Assembly (NCBI GenBank): GCA_964016885.1
Contig: OZ024742.1
Span: 193,254,001 to 193,318,000 of the forward strand
DNA: 64,000 bases
Reading direction: 5' to 3'
Source of the DNA: Eledone cirrhosa
Taxonomy: Eukaryota
Shown piece after piece: positions 1 through 13,382 of the stretch; within the stretch, counting starts at the first letter, position 1; each line of letters opens with the position of its first letter. The translations under genes and the position numbers were made by a program. Below the pieces are notes generated by a model, which ran no database searches, was not told the origin of the DNA, and saw nothing but the letters and a program-made list of their open reading frames with translations.

Positions 1-255
1 CACAAATGCTCTTTCCAAAGATTTGATAAACAATCTTCAACTTCTCTTTCAAACCTGATATGGAACTTAAAATGATAGAATATGGACTATTCTTTAACTT
101 GGGAAATAGATTCGAAAGCACCCGCATACCGAAACACAGCTTTATCTAGATTTTGCAAATTGTGTGTTGAGGAAATTTTTTTCATACTTAAATGTAAGAA
201 CTCTATTAATATAAGGACGAATTTATTTAGTTCTTGTAGACATCGCCTGAACTGA
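1..255 (+). pseudogene. C-terminal part of a Penelope-like GIY-YIG endonuclease (degenerate)
   Basis: Manual translation gives HKCSFQRFDKQSSTSLSNLIWNLK...LTWEI...AY...FCKLCVEE...LFSSCRH. This parallels HSFNRIDKRKCTALSELIWKLK...CNPCLSE...LFGACRH in ORF 15602-16030. Stops and frameshifts are present. Confidence 0.75.
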
Positions 256-1020
256 ACGTTTAGAACTATATATAAATTATAATTACGCTTATAATATTTC
301 TACTTATTTCCATAACAATCTTATCCACTTGGTTTTAATATATTGATATCTCTAAAGCATAGCTGTAACATTTGCTATAATTTCACTTCTTAAAGTTTCT
401 TAAAATATATACATATATAATTCTAATTTTTTATATTTTAATTTCAAATTTAATTTTAATTTTAATTGAAATATTAATCTTAATAATTTTTAATTCTTTA
501 TTTTCATTTCTTTAATTTTCTTTAATTCGTTATCTATTTTTAAAAATTACTTATTTTTTAAAAATTACTTATCTTTTATGAAGTATTTAAAAAACAAATT
601 TTCCCGAATTTTTAATGTTTTTTCAATATTTTTTATTAGATTTATAAACACTAACTAATTCTGGCTAAATATATCTTTAACGTTTATACTTATTTTGACA
701 GAATAGTCTCATACTAATGAATAAATAAACAAAACTGGAGTTTTTCCGTATCTTCCCATTTTAAAATATATAAATATAAATATTCTTCTTAACTCAGTTA
801 ACTTAATTTAATTTAATTAATATTTACTTACATTAAATACAAAACTAATATCCCTCATAACTCCTTAAACCAATTATCTATAACACTAAATACCCATATA
901 TTCATTTATTTATCTATTTATCTATTTATCCATTTATTTATTTATTTATTTATATATTTATTTATTTATTTTTGAAATCTATTCTTCTATCTATTATAAC
1001 AGTAAATATTATATTAGGAG

Positions 1021-1207
1021 GGCGGTGGATTGGCAGTATGGGTAGAGGGTCGGACGCCATGCTTTCTAGCATAGTTACGTCCCTTTAAGTCTGAGTTCAA
1101 ATCCCGCCGAGGTTAACTTTGCCTTTCATCCTTACGGGGTCGATAAAATAAAGTACCAGTAATGTACTGGAAAATTGCTGGGCTTGTGCCTAAAGTAGAA
1201 ACAATTA
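1021..1207 (+). mobile_element. tRNA-derived SINE (octopus-type), full length
   Basis: A-box-like TGGCAGTATGG and B-box-like GAGTTCAAATCC, followed by the body GGTTAACTTTGCCTTTCATCCTTACGGGGTCGATAAAATAAAGTACCAGT; about 15 near-identical copies in the window. Confidence 0.9.
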
Positions 1208-1540
1208 TATTAGAAAAGAATTTTAACAACTAATTAATCGTAAATGCACGTACCATTGAATATATTCCCCCAAATTTACGTTATTTGAGTTTTATTCATC
1301 CTCTTGTTAATTTCTTCTCTCTCTCTCGTAATATTTTTTATTTTTCTCTCTCTCCTTTTTCTCTCTTTCGTCCTCCAGTGTCATTTAAATAAACGGTTGT
1401 TTCTCAATTATTTACATATTCATTTGCATATTCACACATAAGTTTGAATAATCCCTAATATATTTCCACTATCCAGTGAATTTCCAACCGATAGGGTATG
1501 ATCTTCATGGGTATGTCTCTATTTATAAAACAAACTTTGT

Positions 1541-1599
1541 ATTTTATCTGATGAAAGCGCATGTTATATTGGTTGCCCTTGAAATATATATAATAAAAT
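1541..1599 (+). ncRNA. Type I hammerhead ribozyme (minimal, palindromic stem III)
   Basis: ATTTTAT-CTGATGA-AAGCGCA..TGCCCTT-GAAA-TATATATA-ATAAAAT: 7-bp stem I, canonical core, AATAAA directly downstream. Confidence 0.8.
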
Positions 1600-1719
1600 A
1601 AATATGGTTTTATAAATATAGTTTCCATTTATTTAATATCATTGTATATATATATATATATATATATACTACAAGGATAAGGAACACTGATTCAGTGTTG
1701 CATCATAACATATTTGATA

Positions 1720-1795
1720 ACATATTACATATATTTCATTATAGATCAGCTCGAGGCATGAACTGACTCTGTAATTTAAAGGTCGTCAGATATAC
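1720..1795 (-). ncRNA. Degenerate hammerhead-like motif (family also at ~4908-4983, 35215-35270, 60350-60420)
   Basis: Minus strand GTATAT-CTGACGA-...hairpin...-GAAA-TATATGT-A-ATATGT. Seven extra unpaired nt lie between core and stem II. Confidence 0.4.
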
Positions 1796-1969
1796 TTAGT
1801 ATATGAATTTGTTTCCGATTCTGAGTGTTCAAATCTTCAGCTATTAGCTATCTACAGAACATGTTAACATCATGTTATTCTAGGCCTGTTCATTGGTTCA
1901 ATTATCTCATCATCATCATCATTATACTCTCGGGGTGGTGGCTGTCTGTATATGTATATATATATATAT

Positions 1970-2196
1970 ATTAAAATAACAGCTTAAAGTTTAAGCAAAG
2001 AATCGCTGCTTTCACCCTTAACGGGATCTTCTGAAACTCAGAAGATCCCGTTAAGGGTGAAAGCAGCGATTCTTTGCTTAAACTTTAATCTGTTATTTTA
2101 ATAAATATTTGCTCTACGGTTCTTATATATTTGATATATATTTATCCTTATCGAGCCCTCTTTGGATTTTAGTCTTCAAATTTATTATTATTACTA
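1970..2196. mobile_element. Family A fold-back element in (TA)n
   Basis: Near-perfect ~64-bp inverted arms (1970-2033 / 2039-2102) plus a unique tail. Same family at 5480, 8790, 12424, 46767 and 53610. Confidence 0.85.
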
Positions 2197-2204
2197 TATA
2201 AATA

Positions 2205-4282
2205 TATAATGCACGAGTCAATACAATTAATAAAGGTTTATATCATGTAAGAGTTATATTATAGCTGAAACAAGCATATTTCATGTAGAATGTAAAAGCA
2301 CGTTACAAGTGTTAGAAATGTTTAACATTTTAAAAATTGCGTGCTATATGGTAGAGAGACATGTTGTGATAATATGGATATATGTCATGTAAGACGTAAT
2401 CCAAAGCACGGGATTGAATTAGATAGGTAATTTTCATTCAATAATTTTTAAATTGGAGTAAGCATATAGTGGTATATGTTGGATTCAACTCAAATGTATT
2501 AACCATGGAATTTTCTCAGTTTTAGATGTAATACTTTTGAGATGTGTATAGTTTATAGATATATGTTTGGTAAAGATAAATTCCACTGAATTACTGGCCA
2601 TGTGGTTATAGTAAGTATATTGTAGAATGCATTCCTATCTTTAAATTTTCTATTAAGGAATGTTCGAGTTTGCTTTATGTGTAAGTTTCATTAATAGTTA
2701 GTAGGCGGTTGAGAAGTCATTAAGTTGTTTTAACGTAATGAATTTAAACAGGAAGTGGTGCTGTCTGGGGGAGAGTTATATTATTGTAAATTGATTTTAT
2801 TATCTATTGAAAGTCATTTTTGATTAAGTAGTGTTATAAATTTATATTTATAAATTATAAAATATTATTAATGATTATTAATTAAATATTTATTCAAGTT
2901 ATTTGTTATTCTTATCTATTCAAATTGTGTAGAGAGAGTTAAAAAAATGTTATAACAAGATAGGGATTTATATAATATATATATATATATTCAGATTCTG
3001 CAGAGAGAGTTAACATTTTTTTATAACATCGATAGAGATTTATATAATATACAATGGAGTAATTACCGTTATATACACTGTTTTCACCTATTTAATTAGT
3101 GTTATATATTGTTTTAGAAGTAAGTATTGAAAGGATATCAGGGTGTCTAAATTCTTTATTTATTTGGTTATTGAGAAAAAACTAGAATTGTATGAGGTGA
3201 GAGATCAAAGAAGGGGTTTATTAATATAAAGCTCGACCTTGTGACGATGATATATGTGTAATGATATATGTGTAATGATGCTAATTTGATAACTGAGAAG
3301 GAATATCGGGCAGGATATAGGTTGGTGTGGTTTGTTTAAGTTAAGGTGTAGTTATATAATTACAAACATATAATGGGATAAATTTAAAGGTAATGGTCTA
3401 GAATTATTTCCGACATTGGTTCATATGAGCTACTTGGTTTGAAGTATAAGAAAGAGATTCTGTGGTAATGTGGACACGTGGAAAAAACTCTGATTTCCTA
3501 TTTAGTAGGTTAAGATTAGAATGAATAATAGTTCTAGACTCGAGGATGCAAAGGTTACAAAATGTGTTAGGTGGTTTATATGAAGAGGCCTTAGCTATCA
3601 CTTCCCATTCTAAGGTATATGGTATATTACTTGATTTTAATGAGTGTATGTATGTAGAGAGTGACGTTACATTAATAAGTCTAGGGTTTCTGACCGAATG
3701 GAGGTGCGAATTATATCTGGCCTTAAGTTATTCGCTGTTGAACCTATATAGACTTTCGAAATATGATTAGCAGTGCCAGTACAGGAGTAGATAATGTTTT
3801 AATAGGGCAGCTTTTACTTAATGGGCATGTTCTATTAGGTCTACAAATACAATTATTTTGGTAACTAGTATGTTGGTTAAGGGGGTATGAATTTGAGCGG
3901 TTATTTCTGTTTATACTTCTAGTAGTAAGATTATGTTAAGTATTATCATTACCATTGGTATTATTACTATTACTTGTAGTATCGTCCTGTACTGAGTTAT
4001 TGTTAAGGTTATTTCTATGTTGGACATTATTAACTTGGTGTACTCTGAAGTAATTTTTAATCTTCCTCTTGTTTCTACCAGGTAAATGTTCGGCGATGTT
4101 AGGTGTGGTGGAGTAAGAGATTTTAATAGTATTTTTGTTAAATAGGTTGTGGTATTTATGATTATTTGGGAGGTTTTTGTCTAAAATAGAGAAGAAAGCT
4201 TTAGCTATGTTGGTTGAGACATTTAAGTTGAACGGAGGATTAAAAAATGTGTTACTTCTTCTATTCTTCTTATGATTATTAT
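2205..4282 (-). mobile_element. 5'-truncated Penelope-like element (RT-EN linker + GIY-YIG + 3' region)
   Basis: ORF 3936-4292 FFNPPF...FFSILDK...HKYHNLFNKNTIKISYS. Downstream CPL..C...IIYSC...VYIGST and YKPPNTFCNLCILE match the element at 13383-16030. Confidence 0.85.
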
Positions 4283-4734
4283 CTGAGTTCAAATCCCGCC
4301 GAGGTTAACTTTGCCTTTTATCCTTACGGGGTCGATAAAATAAAGTACCAGTAATTCACTGGGATATTTGCTGGCGTTGTGCCTAAAGTAGAAACAATTA
4401 TATTAGAAAAGAATTTTAACAACTAATTAATCGTAAATGCACGTACCATTGAATATATTACCCCAAATTTATGTTATTTGAGTTTTATTCATCCTCTTGT
4501 TAATTTCTTCTCTCTCTCTCGTAATATTTTTTTATTTTTCTCTCTCTCTTTTTTCTCTCTTTCGTCCTCCAATGTCATTTAAATAAACGGTTGTTTCTCA
4601 ATTATTTACATATTCATTTGCATATTCACACATAAGTTTGAATAATCCCTAATATATTTCCACTATCCAGTGAATTTCCAACCGATAGGGTATGATCTTC
4701 ATGGGTATGTCTATATTTATTAAACAAACTTTGT

Positions 4735-4793
4735 ATTTTATCTGATGAAAGCGCATGTTATCTTGGTTGCCCTTGAAATATATATAATAAAAT
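4735..4793 (+). ncRNA. Type I hammerhead ribozyme (duplicate of 1541-1599)
   Basis: Same stems and CTGATGA/GAAA core as 1541-1599. Confidence 0.8.
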
Positions 4794-5155
4794 AAATATG
4801 GTTTTATAAATATAGTTTCCATTTATTTAATATCATTGTATATATATATATATATACTACAAGGATAAGGAACACTGATTCAGTGTTGCATCATAACATA
4901 TTTGATAACATATTACATATATTTCATTATGGATCAGCTCGAGGCATGATCTGACTCTGTAATTTAAAGGTCGTCAGATATACTTAGCATATGAATTTGT
5001 TTCCGATTCTGAGTGTTCAAATCTTCAGCTATTAGCTATCTACAGAACATGTTAACATCATGTTATTCTAGGCCCGTTCATTGGTTCAATTATCTCATCA
5101 TCATCATCATCATTATACGCTCGGGGTGGTGGCTGTCTGTATATATATATATATA

Positions 5156-5434
5156 AATGAAGTAATTCCATCGGAAAAGTCCAGGAAAAAAGAGTGCTCT
5201 ATGTAGGCAACAGAGCTTAATTATTATTATTATGTAATAAACAACATAAGGCAATTCTTCCATTTACCAGTGGTTTCTTAAAAGCAAAAGGTTTTGCTTT
5301 CAATCATCAGAACGGAAAAAGCTGGTTTGCAATAAACAAACCAGCTTTTTCCGTTCTGATGATTGAAAGCAAGACCTTTTGCTTTTAAGAAACCACTGGT
5401 AAATGGAATAATTGCCTTATGTTGTTTATTACAT

Positions 5435-5440
<6 letters not shown>
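5156..5440. mobile_element. Fold-back hammerhead element inserted in (TA)n
   Basis: ~105-bp inverted arms centred near 5332; absent from the equivalent TA tract (~1949-1970) of the other duplication unit. Confidence 0.85.
5349..5408 (+). ncRNA. Type I hammerhead ribozyme (mirror copy at 5258-5317, minus)
   Basis: TTCCGTT-CTGATGA-TTGAAAGCAA..TTGCTTTTAA-GAAA-CCACTGGT-A-AATGGAA; GUA cleavage triplet. Confidence 0.85.
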
Positions 5441-5867
<427 letters not shown>

Positions 5868-5939
5868 GATAGATATATATATGTATATAGTAATAATAAT
5901 ATTTATATTTATATATGTTTAATATACAATTATAAATAT

Positions 5940-8194
5940 GGAGGGTAGTACTAACTACTAGCCAGCTACCTGTAGGATAACAGACTCAAGGTAGATACAT
6001 GACTGTTGTCGGTGTCACAGACATCATATAGAAAATCGGGAGTTAAAAATGAATGTAATGCTTCAGAAAATACAATTACAAGGAGCATTGGGGAAAAGTG
6101 AAAAATAGGCATATTATGTTTAAGGTAATACATGTGCAAAAGGTGCAAGCAGGAAAATAGGCACAAGCAAAAAAAAGATGTAAGATAGGATAGGTAGAAG
6201 ATATCATAGCATTGGAAATCAGGTAATCTTAAGGGTATATAATGCAAGAGTCAATACAATTAATAAAGGTATATATCATGTAAGAGTTATATTATAGCTG
6301 AAACAAGCATATTTCATGTAGAATGTAAAAGCATGTTACAAGTGTTAGAAATGTTTAACATTTTAAAAATTGCGTGCTATATGGTAGAGAGACATGTTGT
6401 GATAATATGGATATATGTCATGTAAGACGTAATCCAAAGCATGGGATTGAATTAGATAGGTAATTTTCATTCAATAATTTTTAAATTGGAGTAGGCATAT
6501 AGTGAAATATGTTGGATTCAACTAAAATGTATTAACCATGGAATTTTCTTAGTTTTAGATGTAATACTTTTGAGATGTGTATAGTTTATAGATATATGTT
6601 TGTTAAAGATAAATTCCACTGAATTACTGCCCATGTGGTTATAGTAAGTATATTATAGAATGCATTCCTATCTTTAAATTTTCTATTAAGGAATGTTCGA
6701 GTTTGCTTTATGTGTAAGTTTCATTAATAGTTATTAGGCGGTTGAGAAGTCATTAAGTTGTTTTAACGTAATGAATTTAAACAGGAAGTGGTGCTCTCTG
6801 GGGGAGAGTTATATTATTGTAAATTGATTTTATTATCTATTGAAAGTCATTTTTGATTAAGTAGTGTTATAAATTTATATTTATAAATTATAAAATATTA
6901 TAAATGATTATTAATTAAATATTTATTCAAGATATTTGTTATTCTTATCTATTCAAATTGTGTAGAGAGAGTTAAAAAAATGTTATAACAAGATAGGGAT
7001 TTATATTATATATATATATATATTCAGATTGTGCAGAGAGAGTTAACATTTTTTTATAACATCGAGAGAGATTCATATAATATACAATGGAGTAATTACC
7101 GTTATATACACTGTTTTCACCTATTTAATTAGTGTTATATATTGTTTTAGAAGTAAGTATTGAAAGGATATCAGGGTGTCTAAATTCTTTATTTATTTGG
7201 TTATTGAGAAAAAACTAGAATTGTATGAGGTGAGAGATCAAAGAAGGGGTTTATTAATATAAAGCTCGACCTTGTGACGATGATATATGTGTAATGAAAT
7301 ATGTGTAATGATGCTAATTTGATAACTGAGAAGGAATATCGGGCAGGATATAGGTTGGTGTGGTTTGTTTAATTTAAGGTGTAGTTATATAATTACAAAC
7401 ATATAATGGGATAAATTTAATAGGTTAAGATTAGAATGAATAATAGTTCTAGACACAAGGATGCAAAGGTTACAAAATGTGTTAGGTGGTTTATATGAAG
7501 GGGCCTTAGCTATCACTTCCCATTCTAAGGTATATGGTATATTACTTGATTTTAATGAGTGTATGTATGTAGAGAGTGACGTTACATTAATAAGTCTAGG
7601 GTTTCTGACCGAATGGAGGTGCGAATTATATCTGGCCTTAAGTTATTCGCTGTTGAACCTATATAGACTTTCGAAATATAATTAGCAGTGCCAGTACAGG
7701 AGTAGATAATGTTTTAATAGGGCAGCTCTTACTTAATGGGCATGTTCTATTAGGTCTACAAATACAATTATTTTGGTAACTAGTATATTGGTTAAGGGGG
7801 TATGAATTTGAGCGGTTATTTCTGTTTATACTTCTAGTAGTAAGATTATGTTAAGTATTATCATTACCATTGGTATTATTACTATTACTTGTAGTATCGT
7901 CCTGTACTGAGTTATTGTTAAGGTTATTTCTATGTTGGACATTATTAACTTGGTGTACTCTGAAGTAATTTTTAATCTTCCTCTTGTTTCTGTCAGGTAA
8001 AAGTTCTGCGATGTTAGGTGTGGTGGAGTAAGAGATGTTAATAGTATTTTTGTTAAATAGGTTGTGGTATTTATGAATATTTGGGAGGTTTTTGTCTAAA
8101 ATAGAGAAGAAAGCTTTAGCTATGTTGGTTGAGACATTTAAGTTGAACGGAGGATTAAAAAATGTGTTACTTCTATTCTTCTTATGATTATTAT
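5940..8194 (-). mobile_element. 5'-truncated Penelope-like element, second duplicate copy
   Basis: ORF 7851-8204 is nearly identical to 3936-4292; ~120-bp deletion near 7419 relative to the first copy. Confidence 0.85.
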
Positions 8195-8373
8195 CTGAGT
8201 TCAAATCCCGCCGAGGTTAACTTTGCCTTTCATCCTTACGAGATCGATAAAATAAAGTACCAGTAATACAGTGGGATATTTGCTGGCCTTGTGCCTAAAG
8301 TGGAAATAATTATTTATATTATCGTTTTGTGTTAGGTACCTTATTATTTATATTTTGTATATATATATATATA

Positions 8374-8563
8374 TAACGAAGGAAATGTAGTAAGGAACCA
8401 GGTGGACCATAACGCACCAAAGTACTCAATACTTAGGGTAGTAGAGTGGGTAATAGGAACGAGTAGGACCCCGACGGATGAGCTCAAGCCGTTTCGACGG
8501 CTAATTCTGGACGGAATTATCCGTCGAAACGGCTTGAGCTCAGCCGTCGGGGTCCTACTCGTT

Positions 8564-8567
<4 letters not shown>
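8374..8567. mobile_element. Family B fold-back element in (TA)n
   Basis: Inverted arms 8452-8508 / 8513-8567 contain GTCGAAACGGCTTGAGCTCAGCCGTCGGGGT. Family also at 20504, 23604, 25426, 26105, 29810 and 54910. Confidence 0.85.
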
Positions 8568-8785
<218 letters not shown>

Positions 8786-8789
8786 TATT

Positions 8790-8985
8790 GAAATAACAGA
8801 TTAAATTTTAAGCAAAGGATCGCTGCTTTCAGAAGAACCCGTTAAATGATGAAAGCACCGATTCTCTGCTTAAATTTTAATCTGTTATTTTAATAAATAT
8901 TTGCTCTATGGTTTTTATGCATATTTGTTACAGTCCTTATCGACCCCTCTTCGGATTTAGTCTTCATATTTATTATTATTACAAT
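8790..8985. mobile_element. Family A fold-back element (diverged)
   Basis: AAATAACAGATTAAA...TTTAATCTGTTATTT arms and the same tail as 1970-2196. Confidence 0.8.
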
Positions 8986-9035
8986 ATATATATATATTAC
9001 TATATATATATATTACTATATATATTATTACTATA

Positions 9036-9375
9036 CTAGCTAACGTACCCAGCTTCGCCAGGGTAAACAGATAGACAGGTAAAGGAGAAAATGAGTGTAT
9101 TGGATGTTTGTCTGGTTACAGTATGAGGCGTGTCTGGGGTATATGTGTGATACAAAAAACGGTAAAAAAATCATCCAGATATACCAGATTCATCGTTGTA
9201 CCGCTTGTGCATATATATGAACAATTCTAGGTGCTCCCACCTAGAATAATGACTTCTAGGAGATGGTTCATCTTCTGCCTGACTGTAAAACGTGTATCAT
9301 TGCATAGACGTGGTTGTTCCACGTTTCTCAAAATGATGATGGAAGTTTCAACCTTTTATGTTATATGTAGATATA
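9036..9375 (-). mobile_element. Small non-autonomous Helitron
   Basis: Minus strand ends in a GC hairpin (ACCC-TGGCGAAGCT-GGGT) followed by CTAG|T. A TC(TA)-rich 5' end lies near 9375. The element could extend to ~10125. Confidence 0.6.
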
Positions 9376-10124
9376 GATAGAGATAATTAATATAAAAGAT
9401 GATGCTCAGTCAGTTCGTCTTCAACCATCGCAGCACGCCGTCGCTGCTTGGCTCCAATGTTTCGTTGGCGTTATTCAGCCAGTTCATCTTCATTCAATGC
9501 GGCACGTCTTCGCCTCTGAAGTTCGGCGTTCTGATGGCATTGTTCGGCCCGTTTTTCTTCATTCCTGGCTGCAGCCCGTCGCCGCTGTAATTCACTGCTT
9601 GGTAAAATAGAATTGCTTTTATTATCAGTATTCATTTCAAGCAATTATCAAAAAGTGACACAATAATAAATATAAAAGATGTCCGTCAATGTAAAAAAAC
9701 GTCCCTATTTACTCCCTTCACAACTCTGTATATGTTAGACTGACAGACAGGCACACAGACATAAACTGCGTGGCGATTGTGGAACGCCCCACGTACACAC
9801 ACATACACGCGTGGAAACGCGCACACGCACCCGTGCACTTACACAGACTTACACACTCACACATGTTCATAGTGTTTACTTTCTGTGGAACGCTGCACGC
9901 ACGCACACACACATAAACATACGCGCACGTACATACACACGCACACCTGGTATTAGTTACAGCGTTCTCTTTGCCTCTGTTTCATACTTGCCCCTCTCAC
10001 TCCCTCATTGGCATTTTGCGTAATAATTAAAGTTTGGCATCGTTGAGCTGGGCGGAGTCGTTTCAAACCTATGAACCAATGGTAATCGAGAATTATGACA
10101 CACGGAATAGTGACGTTGTTGAAA

Positions 10125-10162
<38 letters not shown>

Positions 10163-10165
<3 letters not shown>

Positions 10166-10412
10166 CTCTTTTACCCTTTTACCTGATCCATATTTGATAT
10201 ATAAGAACGATCGTCTTTCGTAAAATCGGACCGAGGAAACATTGTTTCCGTTGCTCTTTCCAATTGCTAATACTACCTATCGGACGCAACTTCAGGTAGA
10301 AGGAGCAACGTGAAATAAAGTGTCCTGCTCAAGGACATATCGCATGGCCTGGTCCAGGAAGGAACTCACAGCCTCACGATTGCGAATGCAATTCTCTAAC
10401 CACTCAGCCACA
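10163..10412 (-). mobile_element. tRNA-derived SINE of a second family (CORE-like central motif)
   Basis: Minus strand TGGCTGAGTGG A-box, GAGTTCCTTCC B-box-like motif, TGTCCTTGAGCAGGACACTT central motif and GTAAAAG(A/G)GTAAAAGAGTA tail. Confidence 0.7.
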
Positions 10413-10451
10413 CCCTCTTTGGATTTTAGTCTTCAAATTTATTATTATTAC

Positions 10452-10745
<294 letters not shown>

Positions 10746-11855
10746 TGAGAGAGTGTATAATTACAGCTGGCAAGTTATATCTATCAGTTTGTTATATGAT
10801 ACCTCGTCTGGGATTTTACAACAACGCAAAAAAGCAACAAAATAGTAAATGCTGAAATCTTCCTTAAAACAGAAGTCAACATAAAAAGTGGAGAAACTGA
10901 TTAGACAATATAATTGATACACATTATAATCCTGCTTACATGCTCTATTTCGTTATAATTTTTTCTGTCAGTCAACAAGGTCTTCAGAGAAAATGTGGGA
11001 CTAGAGAGACTGACTTTGCTAATGGCTCTCATTATCTATTTTAAGTTCACTCCTTGAAGAAAGATATAATCAGGTTGGGAGTTTCGGAAAGCCAAATTTC
11101 TGTATAGAGGGAATAAGGAATAGTACTTACCACATGTCCTGGAGCAGGGTGGTCATTACCTGAGTGATGATATTAGTGGGATGAGAATAACTGGGTGGAT
11201 GAAGCAAATACGCCAGGAAGAGCAGTGAAACAGAGTGCATTATAATAAAGTTAGAGGAGGTTGGTTGTGAAGATGATATCTGTTGGTCACTGCGTGGATA
11301 GTGTCAGTAGGTTATAAAGAAGGTGTAGAAACCAGTGCACTAATGGTAGAAGAGGCAGGAGGCACAGCTCAATCTGTGCCTCAGATGTTGGAGAATGTCT
11401 TTCGGTGATAGAAAAAGCAAAGACATGTTACTAACAGTAACATGGTCAGAGAGAGGAAGCGGTATGTCTGTGGACGTGGAAATGTGTCCTTATATGTGAC
11501 AGCAACAAACATAGAACATTATTGTAACGGTAAAATAAGTAGAGAGAGGTGTCAATTCGAGTGTATTTGCAAGTTTATGTAATGGTAGGAGATTTCATAC
11601 GACGATACCTATATCTCTATCTCCATCTTTATTGCTCCAATCAACCCAGAAACCCCTTACAAAACACTTGAGAAATACCGAAAGCGATCGTCTACCTGCG
11701 CTCATGACTCCTGCTAAACCACCTCACGACAAACCCTCCAAATTCGGGAAACCGAACTTGGACCAGTCACCTTTCCAAACTTGGCAAACAAAATCGGATA
11801 CATTGTAAATCGGATACATTATAAAACAGCAGCGGTCATATTACACACACGCACA

Positions 11856-11914
<59 letters not shown>

Positions 11915-12024
11915 CTGTCTGTCTCTGTGTGTGTGTCTCTGTGTGACTGTGAATAGGTGAGTCTTAAAATTGTTGTTTAGTATCTGTCCGCAATATCACA
12001 TTCTTTTTATGTTGTATTCTCCAG

Positions 12025-12120
12025 GCTTTCCTGAACTGGAAATCATCACAAAATGTTGACTATAAGATACCAGGTCTAGCCCTTGTACCCGACCAAATAT
12101 TTTACCTCACTTTTGCACAG
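12025..12120 (+). CDS. Exon of M13 metallopeptidase (neprilysin/ECE family)
   Basis: Polypyrimidine tract + CAG acceptor and GTAAGT donor; 96 bp encoding AFLNWKSSQNVDYKIPGLALVPDQIFYLTFAQ, matching the M13 motif AY..W...LPGL...QLFF..FAQ. Confidence 0.9.
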
Positions 12121-12176
12121 GTAAGTTAATTCAATCCTTTCTAATTTTGCACGTATACTACACTGCTACATGTATG

Positions 12177-12221
<45 letters not shown>

Positions 12222-12222
12222 A

Positions 12223-12412
12223 TAATTGTTTCTACGTTAGGCACAAGGCCAGCAATTACCCAGTGTATTACTGGTACTTTATTTTATCGACCCCGTAAGG
12301 ATGAAAGGCAAAGTTAACCTCGGCAGGATTTGAACTCAGAATGGAAAGGGCCGTAACTCTATGCGCCAAAGCATGGCATCCGATACTCTACCAATACTGC
12401 CAATCCACCGCC
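12223..12412 (-). mobile_element. tRNA-derived SINE (octopus-type)
   Basis: Reverse complement of the family at 1021-1207. Confidence 0.9.
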
Positions 12413-12571
12413 TTATATATAAATAGTAATAATAATAATAAATTTGAAAACTAAAATCCAAAGAGGGATCGATTAACATAAATATATATCAAATATATAA
12501 GAACCCTAGAGCAAATATTTAATCTGTTATTTTAATAAATAAATATATGTATATATATATATATAATCTCT

Positions 12572-12620
12572 GATTCCTGATGATTTCTAATGAATGAAAC
12601 AGTTCTAGTCCTGTAGAATC
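12572..12620 (+). ncRNA. Type I hammerhead ribozyme
   Basis: GATTC-CTGATGA-TTTC.TAAT.GAAT-GAAA-CAG..CTGT-A-GAATC; GUA triplet. The tail of this family recurs inverted at ~22390-22432. Confidence 0.75.
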
Positions 12621-12704
12621 TCATCTATATTAAAACTGTTATACTTTGCTATGTATTGAGTACCTTACTTACTGTGGTTACCTCCGATTCAACCCGGAAT
12701 AACG

Positions 12705-12767
<63 letters not shown>

Positions 12768-13134
12768 ACATTTTCTACTCTAACCATAATTTTCAGTAGC
12801 CCCACTCCACATAAATTCCACAATTTAAGAATGACCTGTAGTATCTATTTCATACTATTAACCTTAATTGAATATATATCTGACCAGGAATGCTTTTTGT
12901 GAAAATCAGTCATATGGAACTATTATCATCTTGCCTGACGGTTTGAACTTTACAACACTATCTGCCTCTTTTTGAGGTCAAATACCAACCCTACTATCAT
13001 CTACAAACTGACCAATGAGAATTAAAACTATTCCTGTTGACAACATTAAATTATTCCTAACAAGCTCATATGTCCCAATGCTCTGATACCATCATTACTA
13101 TAAACACACAGCTGGCATATCTAAGAACTGATTA

Positions 13135-13192
13135 ACTGCCTGATGAGGTCATAGCCATTCAATGGCTATCATCGAAATATATATATAGCAGT
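13135..13192 (+). ncRNA. Type I hammerhead ribozyme in upstream pseudo-LTR
   Basis: ACTGC-CTGATGA-GGTCATAGCCATT.C.AATGGCTATCATC-GAAA-TATATATATA-GCAGT. The downstream copy (17117-17165) has lost stem III and the 3' strand of stem I. Confidence 0.85.
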
Positions 13193-13382
13193 AAATAAAG
13201 GATTATGAGTTTATGCAATTGACTTATGTTTCGTCACTATTATAACTCCGGAACTTATATCTTCGTTGAGTGCTCCCTATCCGCATACTGAAGTACAGGA
13301 TTTTGCCAACACTTACTTTCTTGCTTACACCCATGTTCCACACCCTGTTGAGCGCTTCATACAGTAGCGGACCCCAGCCAAT

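Noticed and set aside
1021-1110. tRNA gene
   Set aside because: The A/B boxes belong to a multi-copy SINE head; there is no complete cloverleaf and it continues into the SINE body.
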